Source: Actinomycetota bacterium
GTDB lineage: Bacteria; Actinomycetota; CALGFH01; JBBAAN01
DNA: 64,000 bases
Assembly: GCA_041658225.1 (NCBI GenBank)
Contig: JBBAAN010000003.1
Location: forward strand, 18,969 to 82,968
Reading direction: 5' to 3'
The translations under genes and the position numbers were made by a program. The notes under the pieces are model-generated. The model was not told the DNA's origin and made no database searches. It saw only the letters and a program-made list of their open reading frames with translations. Below, piece by piece: positions 19,351 through 27,579 of the stretch; within the stretch, counting starts at the first letter, position 1, and each line of letters opens with the position of its first letter.

Positions 19351-20017
19351 CCCGGATTCTCCTTCCCGTCCCCGCCGGCCGGCTCCGCATGCCCAGCCTC
19401 TTCCTGGTCGACAGTCCTCTGACGGTCTTGGTGACGTAGTGCTCCAGCACGCGATCCACCTCCAGGCGCGGATCGCGCCTGCCGAATAGCTCTCGCTCGA
19501 TGAAGATGGCCAGCAGGAAGTTGGCGTACTCCCATCCCGCCACGTACGGGTCGTGCTCGATGAACTCCCCGCGCTCCATGCCGCGCGCGAAGAGCCCCGC
19601 CAGACCCGCGGTCCACACGTCCATGACCTGGGCGAGGATGACCTCCGCCTCGGCCTTGTCCATCTCGGACTGCACGATGAGGAAGCGCACGAAATCGCGG
19701 TTGGTGTGCATCAGCTCGAGCGAGGCGAGCCCAACGTCGTGCAACCCGCTTGCGGCATCTGCCTCTCCGGCCTTCTCGGCCAGTTCCCCGATCGCACTGA
19801 TCAGGTCCCCGCGCTCGAGCAGCGCGTGGAAGAGGTCCTGCTTGGTCCGGAAGTAGTGGTGGATCAGGCCACGAGTGATGCCCAACTCCCCGGCGACGTG
19901 GTCAAGGTTGGTGGCTTCGACCCCGCGCCTGGAGAAGATCCGCAGGGCGGCATCGAGGATCTCGCCTCGGCGCGCATAGGCTTGCCGGGCGCGGGCCGTG
20001 GTCGGGCTGATGGCCAT
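19337..20017 (-). CDS. TetR-family transcriptional regulator (overlaps the GMC gene start by 14 nt; probable operon)
   Basis: N-terminal HTH ...GVEATNLDHVAGELGITRGLIHHYFRTKQDLF. Confidence 0.85.
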   Translation of the reverse strand: MAISPTTARARQAYARRGEILDAALRIFSRRGVEATNLDHVAGELGITRGLIHHYFRTKQDLFHALLERGDLISAIGELAEKAGEADAASGLHDVGLASLELMHTNRDFVRFLIVQSEMDKAEAEVILAQVMDVWTAGLAGLFARGMERGEFIEHDPYVAGWEYANFLLAIFIERELFGRRDPRLEVDRVLEHYVTKTVRGLSTRKRLGMRSRPAGTGRRIRDGKG

Positions 20018-20031
20018 GCCGGGAGTCTATT

Positions 20032-20053
20032 ATTGACTGACGCGCCAGTCAAT
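20032..20053. promoter_or_regulatory. Perfect 8-6-8 palindrome ATTGACTG-acgcgc-CAGTCAAT in the tetR upstream region; candidate TetR operator
   Basis: Seen in the sequence, 15 bp upstream of the tetR start codon and about 45 bp upstream of the ncRNA -35. Confidence 0.45.
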
Positions 20054-20097
20054 CAACTTCTCGGGCAACGCAGAAAGAATCCCAGAAAATATCCCTC

Positions 20098-20126
20098 TTG
20101 ACAGCCCCCTTGCGCTCACCTATCTT
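20098..20126 (+). promoter_or_regulatory. Near-consensus sigma70-type promoter: TTGACA, 17-nt spacer, TATCTT
   Basis: TTGACAgcccccttgcgctcaccTATCTT; predicted TSS about 20133-20135 on the plus strand. Confidence 0.5.
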
Positions 20127-20133
20127 TTCGCTC

Positions 20134-20471
20134 GTCGGCGGCATCCATCCGCGAGGAAGGACCGGCCGAAAGGGACGGTGCAAGGCCCCTCGGGGTCGTG
20201 GGCTGATAGCGTCGCGGGTCTTCTTTCGGGGAGGCCACCCCTTCGGGGGTAGTGCACGTGAGAGCCAAGTGCCGGACCGAGGATGGGGTCCCGAGAAGGA
20301 CCGAAGGCGGAAACGCCGGCGGCCTACTCGGGGCCCTTCCTTTTGCACGGCTATCTTGGGAAGCCCGGCCCGTGGACACCGCCGGTCACGCGCCAGCGCC
20401 CGTTCCGCTTCCACCGGGCGGAGTCCCCCGGCCCACCTGCTCCTCACGAGGCCCTTCAGGTCGGGGCCTTT
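20134..20471 (+). ncRNA. Candidate ~340-nt structured non-coding RNA of unassigned class
   Basis: A 430-bp gap between convergent genes holds no plausible ORF (the track ORFs are Arg/Pro-rich junk). It contains several stable tetraloop hairpins: CCCC-UUCG-GGGG at 20239-20250, GCG-GAAA-CGC at 20307-20316, and GGCCGAAAGG. A long-range complementarity pairs GGACCGGC (20159-20166) with GCCGGUC (20382-20388). It has its own promoter and ends at a GGCCC-N8-GGGCC-UUU hairpin. Confidence 0.45.
20450..20471. terminator. Bidirectional intrinsic terminator-like hairpin (GGCCC uucagguc GGGGCC UUU) between the convergent ncRNA and ACT gene
   Basis: Seen in the sequence; U-tract only on the plus strand. 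Confidence 0.4.
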
Positions 20472-20473
20472 GG

Positions 20474-20868
20474 CTACGCCGGTTGCCCTCCGACGGCCCG
20501 CCGCGCGCCGGCCACGTCGTCAACGCCGATGATGAGGTGCTTCTCGCCCGGCCGCTCTCCGGCCATGTACAGGGAGCGGATGTTCACCCCCGCATCCGCC
20601 AGTTGGCGCGCGTACGAAGCCAGCGCCCCCGGCTCATCGTCGAGGCTCACCAGTAGCACCTCGCGGCACTCCTGCACCTTGGCCTTGGCTTCCCTCAAAG
20701 CTTTGAGCGCGGTGTCCGGGTCGTCCACCACCACGTGGACCTGGCCCTTTCCCGAACGAGTGGTGACGGCGGCTGTTCTTATATCCACGCCCGCTCTGCC
20801 GAGCGTCTCGGCAAGTTGGGCGAGGGTGCCCGGTCGATCCTGGATGGAGACTACGATCTCGCACGACA
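20474..20868 (-). CDS. Tandem ACT-domain protein
   Basis: MSCEIVVSIQDRPGTLAQLAETLGRAGVDIRTAAV... plus a second ACT repeat (LVSLDDEPGALASYARQLADAGVNIRSL). GGAGG RBS upstream of the ATG at 20868. The ORF-track N-extension is spurious. Confidence 0.75.
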
Positions 20869-21108
20869 TGGTGAGCCTCCGGCGGCCGATGAGCCAGCAA
20901 GACAAACGTATGCGCACCGGAGGCGAACGGCAAGCCTTCCCTTGGGACCTCACCCATTCCGATCCCGGCATCCGCTGTCCGGCCAACCCAGCATCGCAAA
21001 GAGTCCGACACCGCGGCCATCGGGGTCGCCCGCGCAACCGTACGAGTTGGGAGGTCAGAAACCGCTCCGGTAGACTGGCTCCCGATCACCCCGAACGGAG
21101 GCCGGCCA

Positions 21109-23259
21109 ATGCCCGACGTCGTCCAAGCGCACTCAGAGCGTGAGCAGCTCTCAGCACACCTACAGCGCTTCATCAGCGCCAAGTCCTTCGCACTGATCGG
21201 CGCATCCAACGATCAGGCCAAATGGGGCTTTCGGATACTCAGCAACCTGATCGGCGGCGGTTTCCAGGGGCGCGTGTACCCGGTCAACCGGAAGGAAACC
21301 GAGATCCTCGGCCACAAGGCATACCCGGACATCGCATCCCTTCCCGAGGTCCCCGACATAGCGCTCATCGCGCTGCCCGCCTCACAGGCGGTCCAGGCCC
21401 TCGATGAGATAGGCCGCTTTGGCGTTCGCTCGGTAGTGGTGATCACCGCCGGCTTCGCCGAGGCCGGCAATCGCCAGGGAGAAGAGGACCTCGTCGCGGT
21501 GTCCCGCAAGTGGGGAATGGCTCTGGTGGGCCCCAACTGCATGGGTTTCTTCTCCTCGCGCGCCAATATGCACGCTCTGATGTCCAACTGCCGCCCCAAC
21601 CACGGCGGAGTCTCGTTCGTCTCCCAAAGCGGCAACGTCGGCACTGAGGCCATGCTGCGCAGCCACCTCCATGGAGTGGGTTTCTCGCTGATGTTCTCCA
21701 TGGGCAACAGCGCGGTCCTCGACTCCGACGACTACCTGCACTTCCTGGCCGACGACCCCGGAACCCAGGTCATCGCCATGTACCTGGAAGGGGTGCGCCA
21801 CGGCGAGGACTTCCTCGACGCCCTGAGATACGCCGCGCGCCGCAAGCCCGTGGTGGTGACCAAGGGCGGGCGTTCGGCTCCGGGCTTCCGGGCGGCCAGC
21901 TCTCACTCGGCGGCCCTGGCCACCCCAGAGGCGATCTTCTCCAGCCTGGTGAGGCAGGCAGGGGGGACACTGGCCGGAACGGTCGAGGAGATGATGGACG
22001 TCGCCACGGCCCTGGACCTCGCTCCCCTGCCACGCGGCTCTCGGGTGGGCATCCTGACGTGGGGTGGGGGCTGGGGTGTGCTCGCCGCCGACGCCTGCGC
22101 CGACAACGGCATGGAGGTCCCTCCTCTTTCCGACGCCACGCGCGCGGCGCTGGACCAACTGCTGCCTTCGTTCTGGAGCAAGGACAACCCCGTCGATCTG
22201 GTCGGCAGCCTGGATCACACGGCGCACATGAAGATCCTCAAGGTGATGGCCGAGGCTGAGGAGTTCGACGCGCTGATCGTCCTGGGACTACTAAGCTCGC
22301 CCGACCCCTATAACCCGAATCCAAACGATCTGATGGCCGCCGTGCATATGTACTGGGGGGCGGAGGTAACCGAGGAAATGGTCAGGCTTGCCAAGGAGTT
22401 GGGCAAGCCCATGATCGGTGTGACCATCTCCGGCGGAATGGCTCCTCCTCCGGAGGCCGAAGGCCGGCTTCCCGTCTACCCGACGCCCGACCGGGCCGTG
22501 AAAGCCGCCGCGCGTCTGGTCGACTACTCCCGCTACCTCGCCCGCAAGAGCGAGCCGCCCGCCGAGATCGCGGTTGACCGCGACAAGGTCGCGGCCCTGC
22601 TCGCCTCCGCGCCCTCCGGCACCAAGCTCTCCGAGAGGGAGTCGCTCGAGATTCTTGCCGCCTACGGTATTCCCACCGTGTCATGCGAGCTTGTCGACTC
22701 GGAGCAGCAGGCCATGGAGGCCGCGCGCCGCCTGGGATTCCCGGTGGTGCTCAAAGCCGGCGGGCGCGGTATCGCCCACAAGACCGAGCGTGGGCTGGTG
22801 GCTGCCGGTATCGCCGACGCGGGTGGGCTTTCCGCAGCCTGGGCTTCGATCAATTGCAGGCTCGGCCCGGGCGAGAAGGCCGAGGGCCTCATGATCCAGC
22901 CGATGCTGTCTTCCACCCGCGAGTTCACGCTCGGGGTGGTGCGTGACCCTGCCTTCGGCCCGTGCGTGATGTTCGGCATGGGCGGCATCTACGCGGAGGC
23001 ATTGAAGGACGTCGCGTTCCGGCGGGCGCTTCTCAGTCTCGAGGACGCGCAGGACATGATGGACGAGGTCCGGGCGGGGGCCCTCCTGAGCGCGATGAGA
23101 GGCCAGCCCGCAGTGGATTGCGAAGCGCTGGCCTGGGCGTTGGTCAGGCTTGGGAAGCTGGCCCTGGACTTCCCGCAGATCGCGGAGTTGGACGTCAACC
23201 CCATCCTGGTGCCCGAAGGCCGCCCGGTTGCCGCCGACGCGCTGATCGTCATCGGCTAA
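21109..23259 (+). CDS. Acetyl/acyl-CoA synthetase (ADP/NDP-forming), fused alpha-beta (CoA-binding, succinyl-CoA-synthetase-like and ATP-grasp domains)
   Basis: 716 aa: FALIGASNDQAKWG CoA-binding N-terminus and C-terminal ATP-grasp region. GGAGG RBS. Confidence 0.85.
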   Translation: MPDVVQAHSEREQLSAHLQRFISAKSFALIGASNDQAKWGFRILSNLIGGGFQGRVYPVNRKETEILGHKAYPDIASLPEVPDIALIALPASQAVQALDEIGRFGVRSVVVITAGFAEAGNRQGEEDLVAVSRKWGMALVGPNCMGFFSSRANMHALMSNCRPNHGGVSFVSQSGNVGTEAMLRSHLHGVGFSLMFSMGNSAVLDSDDYLHFLADDPGTQVIAMYLEGVRHGEDFLDALRYAARRKPVVVTKGGRSAPGFRAASSHSAALATPEAIFSSLVRQAGGTLAGTVEEMMDVATALDLAPLPRGSRVGILTWGGGWGVLAADACADNGMEVPPLSDATRAALDQLLPSFWSKDNPVDLVGSLDHTAHMKILKVMAEAEEFDALIVLGLLSSPDPYNPNPNDLMAAVHMYWGAEVTEEMVRLAKELGKPMIGVTISGGMAPPPEAEGRLPVYPTPDRAVKAAARLVDYSRYLARKSEPPAEIAVDRDKVAALLASAPSGTKLSERESLEILAAYGIPTVSCELVDSEQQAMEAARRLGFPVVLKAGGRGIAHKTERGLVAAGIADAGGLSAAWASINCRLGPGEKAEGLMIQPMLSSTREFTLGVVRDPAFGPCVMFGMGGIYAEALKDVAFRRALLSLEDAQDMMDEVRAGALLSAMRGQPAVDCEALAWALVRLGKLALDFPQIAELDVNPILVPEGRPVAADALIVIG

Positions 23260-23273
23260 CCGGCGGCCGTCAC

Positions 23274-23939
23274 CTAACCTCGCTTGAAGTCCGCGAACGA
23301 TATCGTCTGGCCCGGTTGAGCGACGACGAACTCCTCGTCCCAAGGCCCGTTGATCATCTTCTCGATCAGAGCATGTGACCCGGGTATCTCCTCATAGCGC
23401 AGGTTGAACCTCTCGCCCGCCCTGCGCGCGAACTCGCGGTAGCGGTCCTGATCTCGCACCCCGGTGTCGATGTAGACCACCCGTGTGTAGTTGCCCAGCA
23501 TCATCTCCACGATGGCGTCGGCCTTCTCCCGGCCGTAGTGCTCAACGAGGCGCTCGTACTCCTGGAAGGGGCTGTCACCGACCTCGATCCAGCCCTTGGT
23601 CAGGTAGTAGGTGCCGGGTTCAGTCCTGGACTGCGAGTCATAGCTGGCGCGCGAGCCGAGAAACAGCGCGATGCAGTCGTCCACCTTGGGTATGACCAGG
23701 GTGCAGTCCGTGGCCTTGAGCCCGACCGCAGCCATGGAGCACAGCCCGTATCCCAGAACGATCACGTCGGCTTCCCGCGAGGAGGAATCGATAGCCTCCT
23801 GTAGTTGCCGCCTGAGCTCGTCGGGAACCAGGTGCAGCCCGAAGTGGAACTCCTGGTGGGTCATCCCCGGCCGCATCAAGGGAAGCATCTCCTCGATGAC
23901 CGTGGCACATGCGATGACCTTCACTCGTTGCCGGTCCAT
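23274..23939 (-). CDS. DUF1638-domain protein
   Basis: 221 aa; full-length similarity pattern to DUF1638, a family usually found beside corrinoid-dependent methyltransferase systems. Confidence 0.65.
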   Translation of the reverse strand: MDRQRVKVIACATVIEEMLPLMRPGMTHQEFHFGLHLVPDELRRQLQEAIDSSSREADVIVLGYGLCSMAAVGLKATDCTLVIPKVDDCIALFLGSRASYDSQSRTEPGTYYLTKGWIEVGDSPFQEYERLVEHYGREKADAIVEMMLGNYTRVVYIDTGVRDQDRYREFARRAGERFNLRYEEIPGSHALIEKMINGPWDEEFVVAQPGQTISFADFKRG

Positions 23940-23949
23940 ACGCGCTCCG

Positions 23950-24750
23950 TCAGGAGGTGCGCACGATCAGCACGTCACATGGAGCATTGTGGGCGACCTT
24001 GTCCGGCACGCTTCCCAGCAGGAAACGTGCGGCGCCCGTCATGCCCTTGTTGCCCACGACGATGAGATCCGCGTTCTCGGTCTGGGCCACTCCGATGAGG
24101 GCTTCCGCCGGTTCGCCCTCGACAACCCTCTTCTCGAACTTGGTCTCGCCGATCACGCCCGCGACATCCTTCAAGACCTGCGCGCCCCGCGCGGCCTCTC
24201 CCGCATAGACGACCAGCAGAGAGGCGCCCGTAGCCCCGGCCATCTCCGCCGCGGCCGTCAGCGCCCTGCCGGCGCGCTCCGAACCGTCGGTTCCGACCAC
24301 TATCCTCCGGTAGGCAGGCAGATCATCCCCGGACGTTGTGTCTACGATCAACGCGCTGCATGGAGCGTGGTGGGCGACCTTGTCGGGTACGTTGCCGAGT
24401 GAGAACCGTCCCGCGCCGCCCAGGCCGCGGTTGCCGGTGACGATGAGGTCGACCCCTTCTTCCTCGGCCAGTTGGCAGATCCTGTCGGCGGGGTCCCCGA
24501 CTTCCAGCATCGTCTCCAGGAGCACGCCCTTGCCTCCATAGTGGAGCTCGACGTTGAGGAGTATCCCCTCGCCCACCCTTCGCGCGGAGGCCTCGTGCGG
24601 ACCGAAATGCGAGCCCTGGAGATCGGATGCGGAACACACACTGGTCACCGTCAGGCGAGCGCCGAGCCGACCGGCCAACTCGACCGCTCGCTTGACGGCC
24701 AGATCGGCTGAGGTCGAGCCATCGGTGCCGACGAGCAGACGACTGATCAT
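23950..24750 (-). CDS. Universal stress protein, tandem UspA domains
   Basis: Two repeats with ...LIVTGNRGLGGAGRFSLGNVPDKVAHHAPCSALIV and ...LIVVGNKGMTGAARFLLGSVPDKVAHNAPCDVLIV. Confidence 0.85.
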   Translation of the reverse strand: MISRLLVGTDGSTSADLAVKRAVELAGRLGARLTVTSVCSASDLQGSHFGPHEASARRVGEGILLNVELHYGGKGVLLETMLEVGDPADRICQLAEEEGVDLIVTGNRGLGGAGRFSLGNVPDKVAHHAPCSALIVDTTSGDDLPAYRRIVVGTDGSERAGRALTAAAEMAGATGASLLVVYAGEAARGAQVLKDVAGVIGETKFEKRVVEGEPAEALIGVAQTENADLIVVGNKGMTGAARFLLGSVPDKVAHNAPCDVLIVRTS

Positions 24751-24954
24751 CGCAATCCCCCTTGCCCTACTGGCCCTGAGCGTGCAGGAAGCCTATCCGA
24801 CCGATTCCCCCTTCGGTAGCCCGCAGCCGAGCCCCCGGCCGGAGGGCCGTTCCGCGGGCAGCGGATAGCGGCCTTTCTCCGCTTCGCCCTGGGGCGTTCA
24901 TCGTTCTACAACAGAATCCGGTTCCGCCGGCAATTGACGGCAGCCCCTCGCGAC

Positions 24955-26130
24955 CTACCGGTCGTCGAAGACCATGATCGAGCCCGAATAGCAGGCGACC
25001 CATACCCTGTCGGTCCCCCGGTCGTAGGTGATTCCGATCGGGTGCTCGGCCGTCTCCACCGTCTGGAGAATCTGCAAGTCGGCGGCGCGCAGTTTCGTGA
25101 CGGTCTTGGACTCGTGGTTGACGACATACAGGGACGCCCCGTCGGGGGCGATTGCCATGCTCCGAGGAGCCTGGCCGGTGGTCACCCGCCCCGTGACCCT
25201 CTCTGTCGAAAGGTCGATCTTCACGACCCGCCCGTCGCCGTTCGTCGTCGCGTACAGGTAGCGCCCGTGCGGGTCGAGCACGACGTGGCGCGGGCTGTTG
25301 CCGACGCCGCGGATCCAGCTCACGGTGAAGTCGGCCAGCGAGACCTTGGCGATGTCGTAGGAGCCCATCACAGCGACATAGGCGACGGTCGACCGGGCAT
25401 CAACCGCGATGCCCCGCGGATAGGCCCCCAGCCGAACTCGCCGGATCTCACGCCCGGTGCCGACATCGGCCACGCTCAAGTCATATGAGCACCAGTTACT
25501 CGCCAGCACGTAGCGACCATCAGGTGTGACCGCCACGTACTTGGGCACCGACCCGACGGCAATAACCTGGTCGATCTCCATCGAGGCAAGGGCGATTCGG
25601 TAGAGGTAGCTCGAGTCGAAGCCGTCGGAAGGGAAGCACTTGTCGTCACCCGGATGGTCGAATCCCGGGCCGAACATCGCGTAGTTGGACACGTAGACGG
25701 ATGAGCCATCGGCGCTGAAGGCCGCCTCCACCGGAGCGCCTCGAAACGTGCCCGGGTGCTCCGGATAACCGAAGTCGGATAGCCGAACCGTGTCGGGGAT
25801 GGTGCTCACGAGGTTCCCATCGGCGTCATACACGGTCACCGTGTGCCGGTACATCATGTTCTGGGCGAAGACCAGACCCCGTCCGGAAGCGACCACCGAC
25901 TTGGGAGAGATCGCCCCGCCGATCGTTCGCACCAGGCGCAGACTCCGGTCCGAGGAAAACACGGTCGGTGAGGGTGACGGCGTTGGAGTAGGAGTCGGCC
26001 TCGCGACAGCCATCCTCGCCGGTCGCCGGCGAGGCTCGCGGGCAGTGCCGCCCCCGCGGGGCTCCGCCGCACATCCAACAGCCGCACAGCAGAGGGCGAC
26101 CACGCCGGCCACGGTGCGACCCAGCCTCAT
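24955..26130 (-). CDS. Secreted YVTN-type beta-propeller repeat lipoprotein
   Basis: Signal peptide with lipobox AAVGC; Pro/Thr linker; repeated ...DGRYVLASN... / ...DGASLYVVN... blades. Confidence 0.7.
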   Translation of the reverse strand: MRLGRTVAGVVALCCAAVGCAAEPRGGGTAREPRRRPARMAVARPTPTPTPSPSPTVFSSDRSLRLVRTIGGAISPKSVVASGRGLVFAQNMMYRHTVTVYDADGNLVSTIPDTVRLSDFGYPEHPGTFRGAPVEAAFSADGSSVYVSNYAMFGPGFDHPGDDKCFPSDGFDSSYLYRIALASMEIDQVIAVGSVPKYVAVTPDGRYVLASNWCSYDLSVADVGTGREIRRVRLGAYPRGIAVDARSTVAYVAVMGSYDIAKVSLADFTVSWIRGVGNSPRHVVLDPHGRYLYATTNGDGRVVKIDLSTERVTGRVTTGQAPRSMAIAPDGASLYVVNHESKTVTKLRAADLQILQTVETAEHPIGITYDRGTDRVWVACYSGSIMVFDDR

Positions 26131-26265
26131 GGTCCTCCTTCGATGCGCGCTGCAGTGGGATGCCTGCGGCGGCGCGTCCGAGTCTACGGTCGGGTCACGG
26201 ACGACTCAAACACCGACCGGTCCGCCCTTGCCCGGTTGGCCTCCGGCAGGGTCGGCTGAGGACGC

Positions 26266-27093
26266 CTACCTGGGCTGCCTCGCCGCTCTCGACACGACCC
26301 GGGCGGTCCACCGGTCCGTGATCCCGGGGGCGGCGGAAACCACTCGGGCGAGCAGTGGCGTGGAGCGTCCCGGGAACACGTAGCGCTTGCGGGTGGCGAC
26401 GGCCCGGAGCATGGCGTCGGCGACAGCCTCCGGACTGAGAGGCTTGACGGTGCCGGACAGCGCGCGCGTCTCCGGAGGTTTCATGGGCTCCTCGGCGGCG
26501 AGCAGTGGCGTGTCGACATCGGGCGGGAACACGCACGCCACGTGGATGCCGTGAGGACGCAGCTCGCTTCGCAGAGTGTCGCAGAGCCCCCTGACGGCGA
26601 ACTTGGTCGGTGCGTAGGCGGTGTAGCCGAACACCCCGAGGATTCCCGCGAATGACGAGATGGCGATGATGCTGCCCGTGTGGCGCGCCTTCATCGAAGG
26701 CACGACTGCCCGTATCGCCCAGAGCGTCCCGAAGTAGTTGACGCGCATCTGTCGCTCGAACTCGCCGTCCTCGATTTCCTCGAAGTATCCCGGGCCGGTG
26801 ACGCCGGCGGATGTGACGAGCAGGTCACACGGGCCGCTCTGGCGTTCGCAGTCCGCGACCGCGGCCTGGAGCTCGCGCCGGTCTCCGACATCCGCCCCCA
26901 GCGCCAGAACCGGGTGGCGTCCGGGTGGGGGCTGCGACGCGAGGCGTCGAAGGTCGGCGTCCTCGAGGGCAATCACCGAGACCTTCGCGCCGAACGCGGC
27001 CAGGCGTCTGACAAGGGAGAGCCCGATCCCGCTCGATCCTCCGGTCACGATGGCGTGGCGATTGACGAAGTGCTTACTGAAGTCATGGGCCAT
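26266..27093 (-). CDS. Short-chain dehydrogenase/reductase (SDR)
   Basis: AIVTGGSSGIG cofactor motif; catalytic Y...K region. Confidence 0.85.
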   Translation of the reverse strand: MAHDFSKHFVNRHAIVTGGSSGIGLSLVRRLAAFGAKVSVIALEDADLRRLASQPPPGRHPVLALGADVGDRRELQAAVADCERQSGPCDLLVTSAGVTGPGYFEEIEDGEFERQMRVNYFGTLWAIRAVVPSMKARHTGSIIAISSFAGILGVFGYTAYAPTKFAVRGLCDTLRSELRPHGIHVACVFPPDVDTPLLAAEEPMKPPETRALSGTVKPLSPEAVADAMLRAVATRKRYVFPGRSTPLLARVVSAAPGITDRWTARVVSRAARQPR

Positions 27094-27150
27094 GAGAGGC
27101 TCCGATCAGGGCAGTGCGCTGCGAACGTCTCGTTTCACTCGACCTCTGCA

Positions 27151-27579
27151 TCAGGCGAAACGGGCGAACAAGAGCACGGCGAGCACGAGGACGGCGCCGA
27201 CGATGAGAGCGTTCGGCACTCCTTCGCGATCACGGCGGAACATCCCCTCTCGGGCGAAGTAGGCCAGGTCGATGATTCCGAGGAACGTGAGCATGCCGGC
27301 GCTGACCAGGGCGAGCGAGTTGCCGACGCTTCGCTCGAGGACCTGGAGGACCGCGCCGGTCACCAGCAGGACCGCGAGCACGCTGTCCGTGAACACGAAC
27401 GCTCGCTCGTGCTCGACATAGCCGGGCGGCAACCATGACTGAGTGTGGGGCTCGCGAAACCAGGTCACCCAGTAGAGGGCGACTATGACCGCCGCGAGCG
27501 CTTGCAGAGCGGCGAAGAACCACACCACAGCGTTGTCCGTCAACTGATCTTCACCTCCGCCGCCGATGCGGCCAGCCAC
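27151..27579 (-). CDS. Small 4-TM membrane protein (start ambiguous: ATG at 27579, or a TTG at 27543 forming a TTGA overlap with the upstream stop)
   Basis: Hydrophobic helices VVWFFAALQALAAVIVALYWV, AVLLVTGAVLQVL and others. Confidence 0.5.
   Translation of the reverse strand: MAGRIGGGGEDQLTDNAVVWFFAALQALAAVIVALYWVTWFREPHTQSWLPPGYVEHERAFVFTDSVLAVLLVTGAVLQVLERSVGNSLALVSAGMLTFLGIIDLAYFAREGMFRRDREGVPNALIVGAVLVLAVLLFARFA

Noticed and set aside
20134-20471. RNase P RNA (rnpB) identity for the candidate ncRNA
   Set aside because: The P4-like strings are imperfect (GAGGAAGGACCGG vs GAGGAAAGUCCGG). Only about 17 nt precede the 5' P4-like element, leaving no room for P1-P3. The CR-II (AGGGUGAAA...GGUAAGAGC) and ACAGAA elements are absent.
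20049-20532. Protein-coding ORFs 20049..20447 (-) and 20098..20532 (+) in the tetR/ACT gap
   Set aside because: Extremely Arg/Pro-rich, no RBS, and the frames are not GC3-biased. The region is better explained as a structured RNA.
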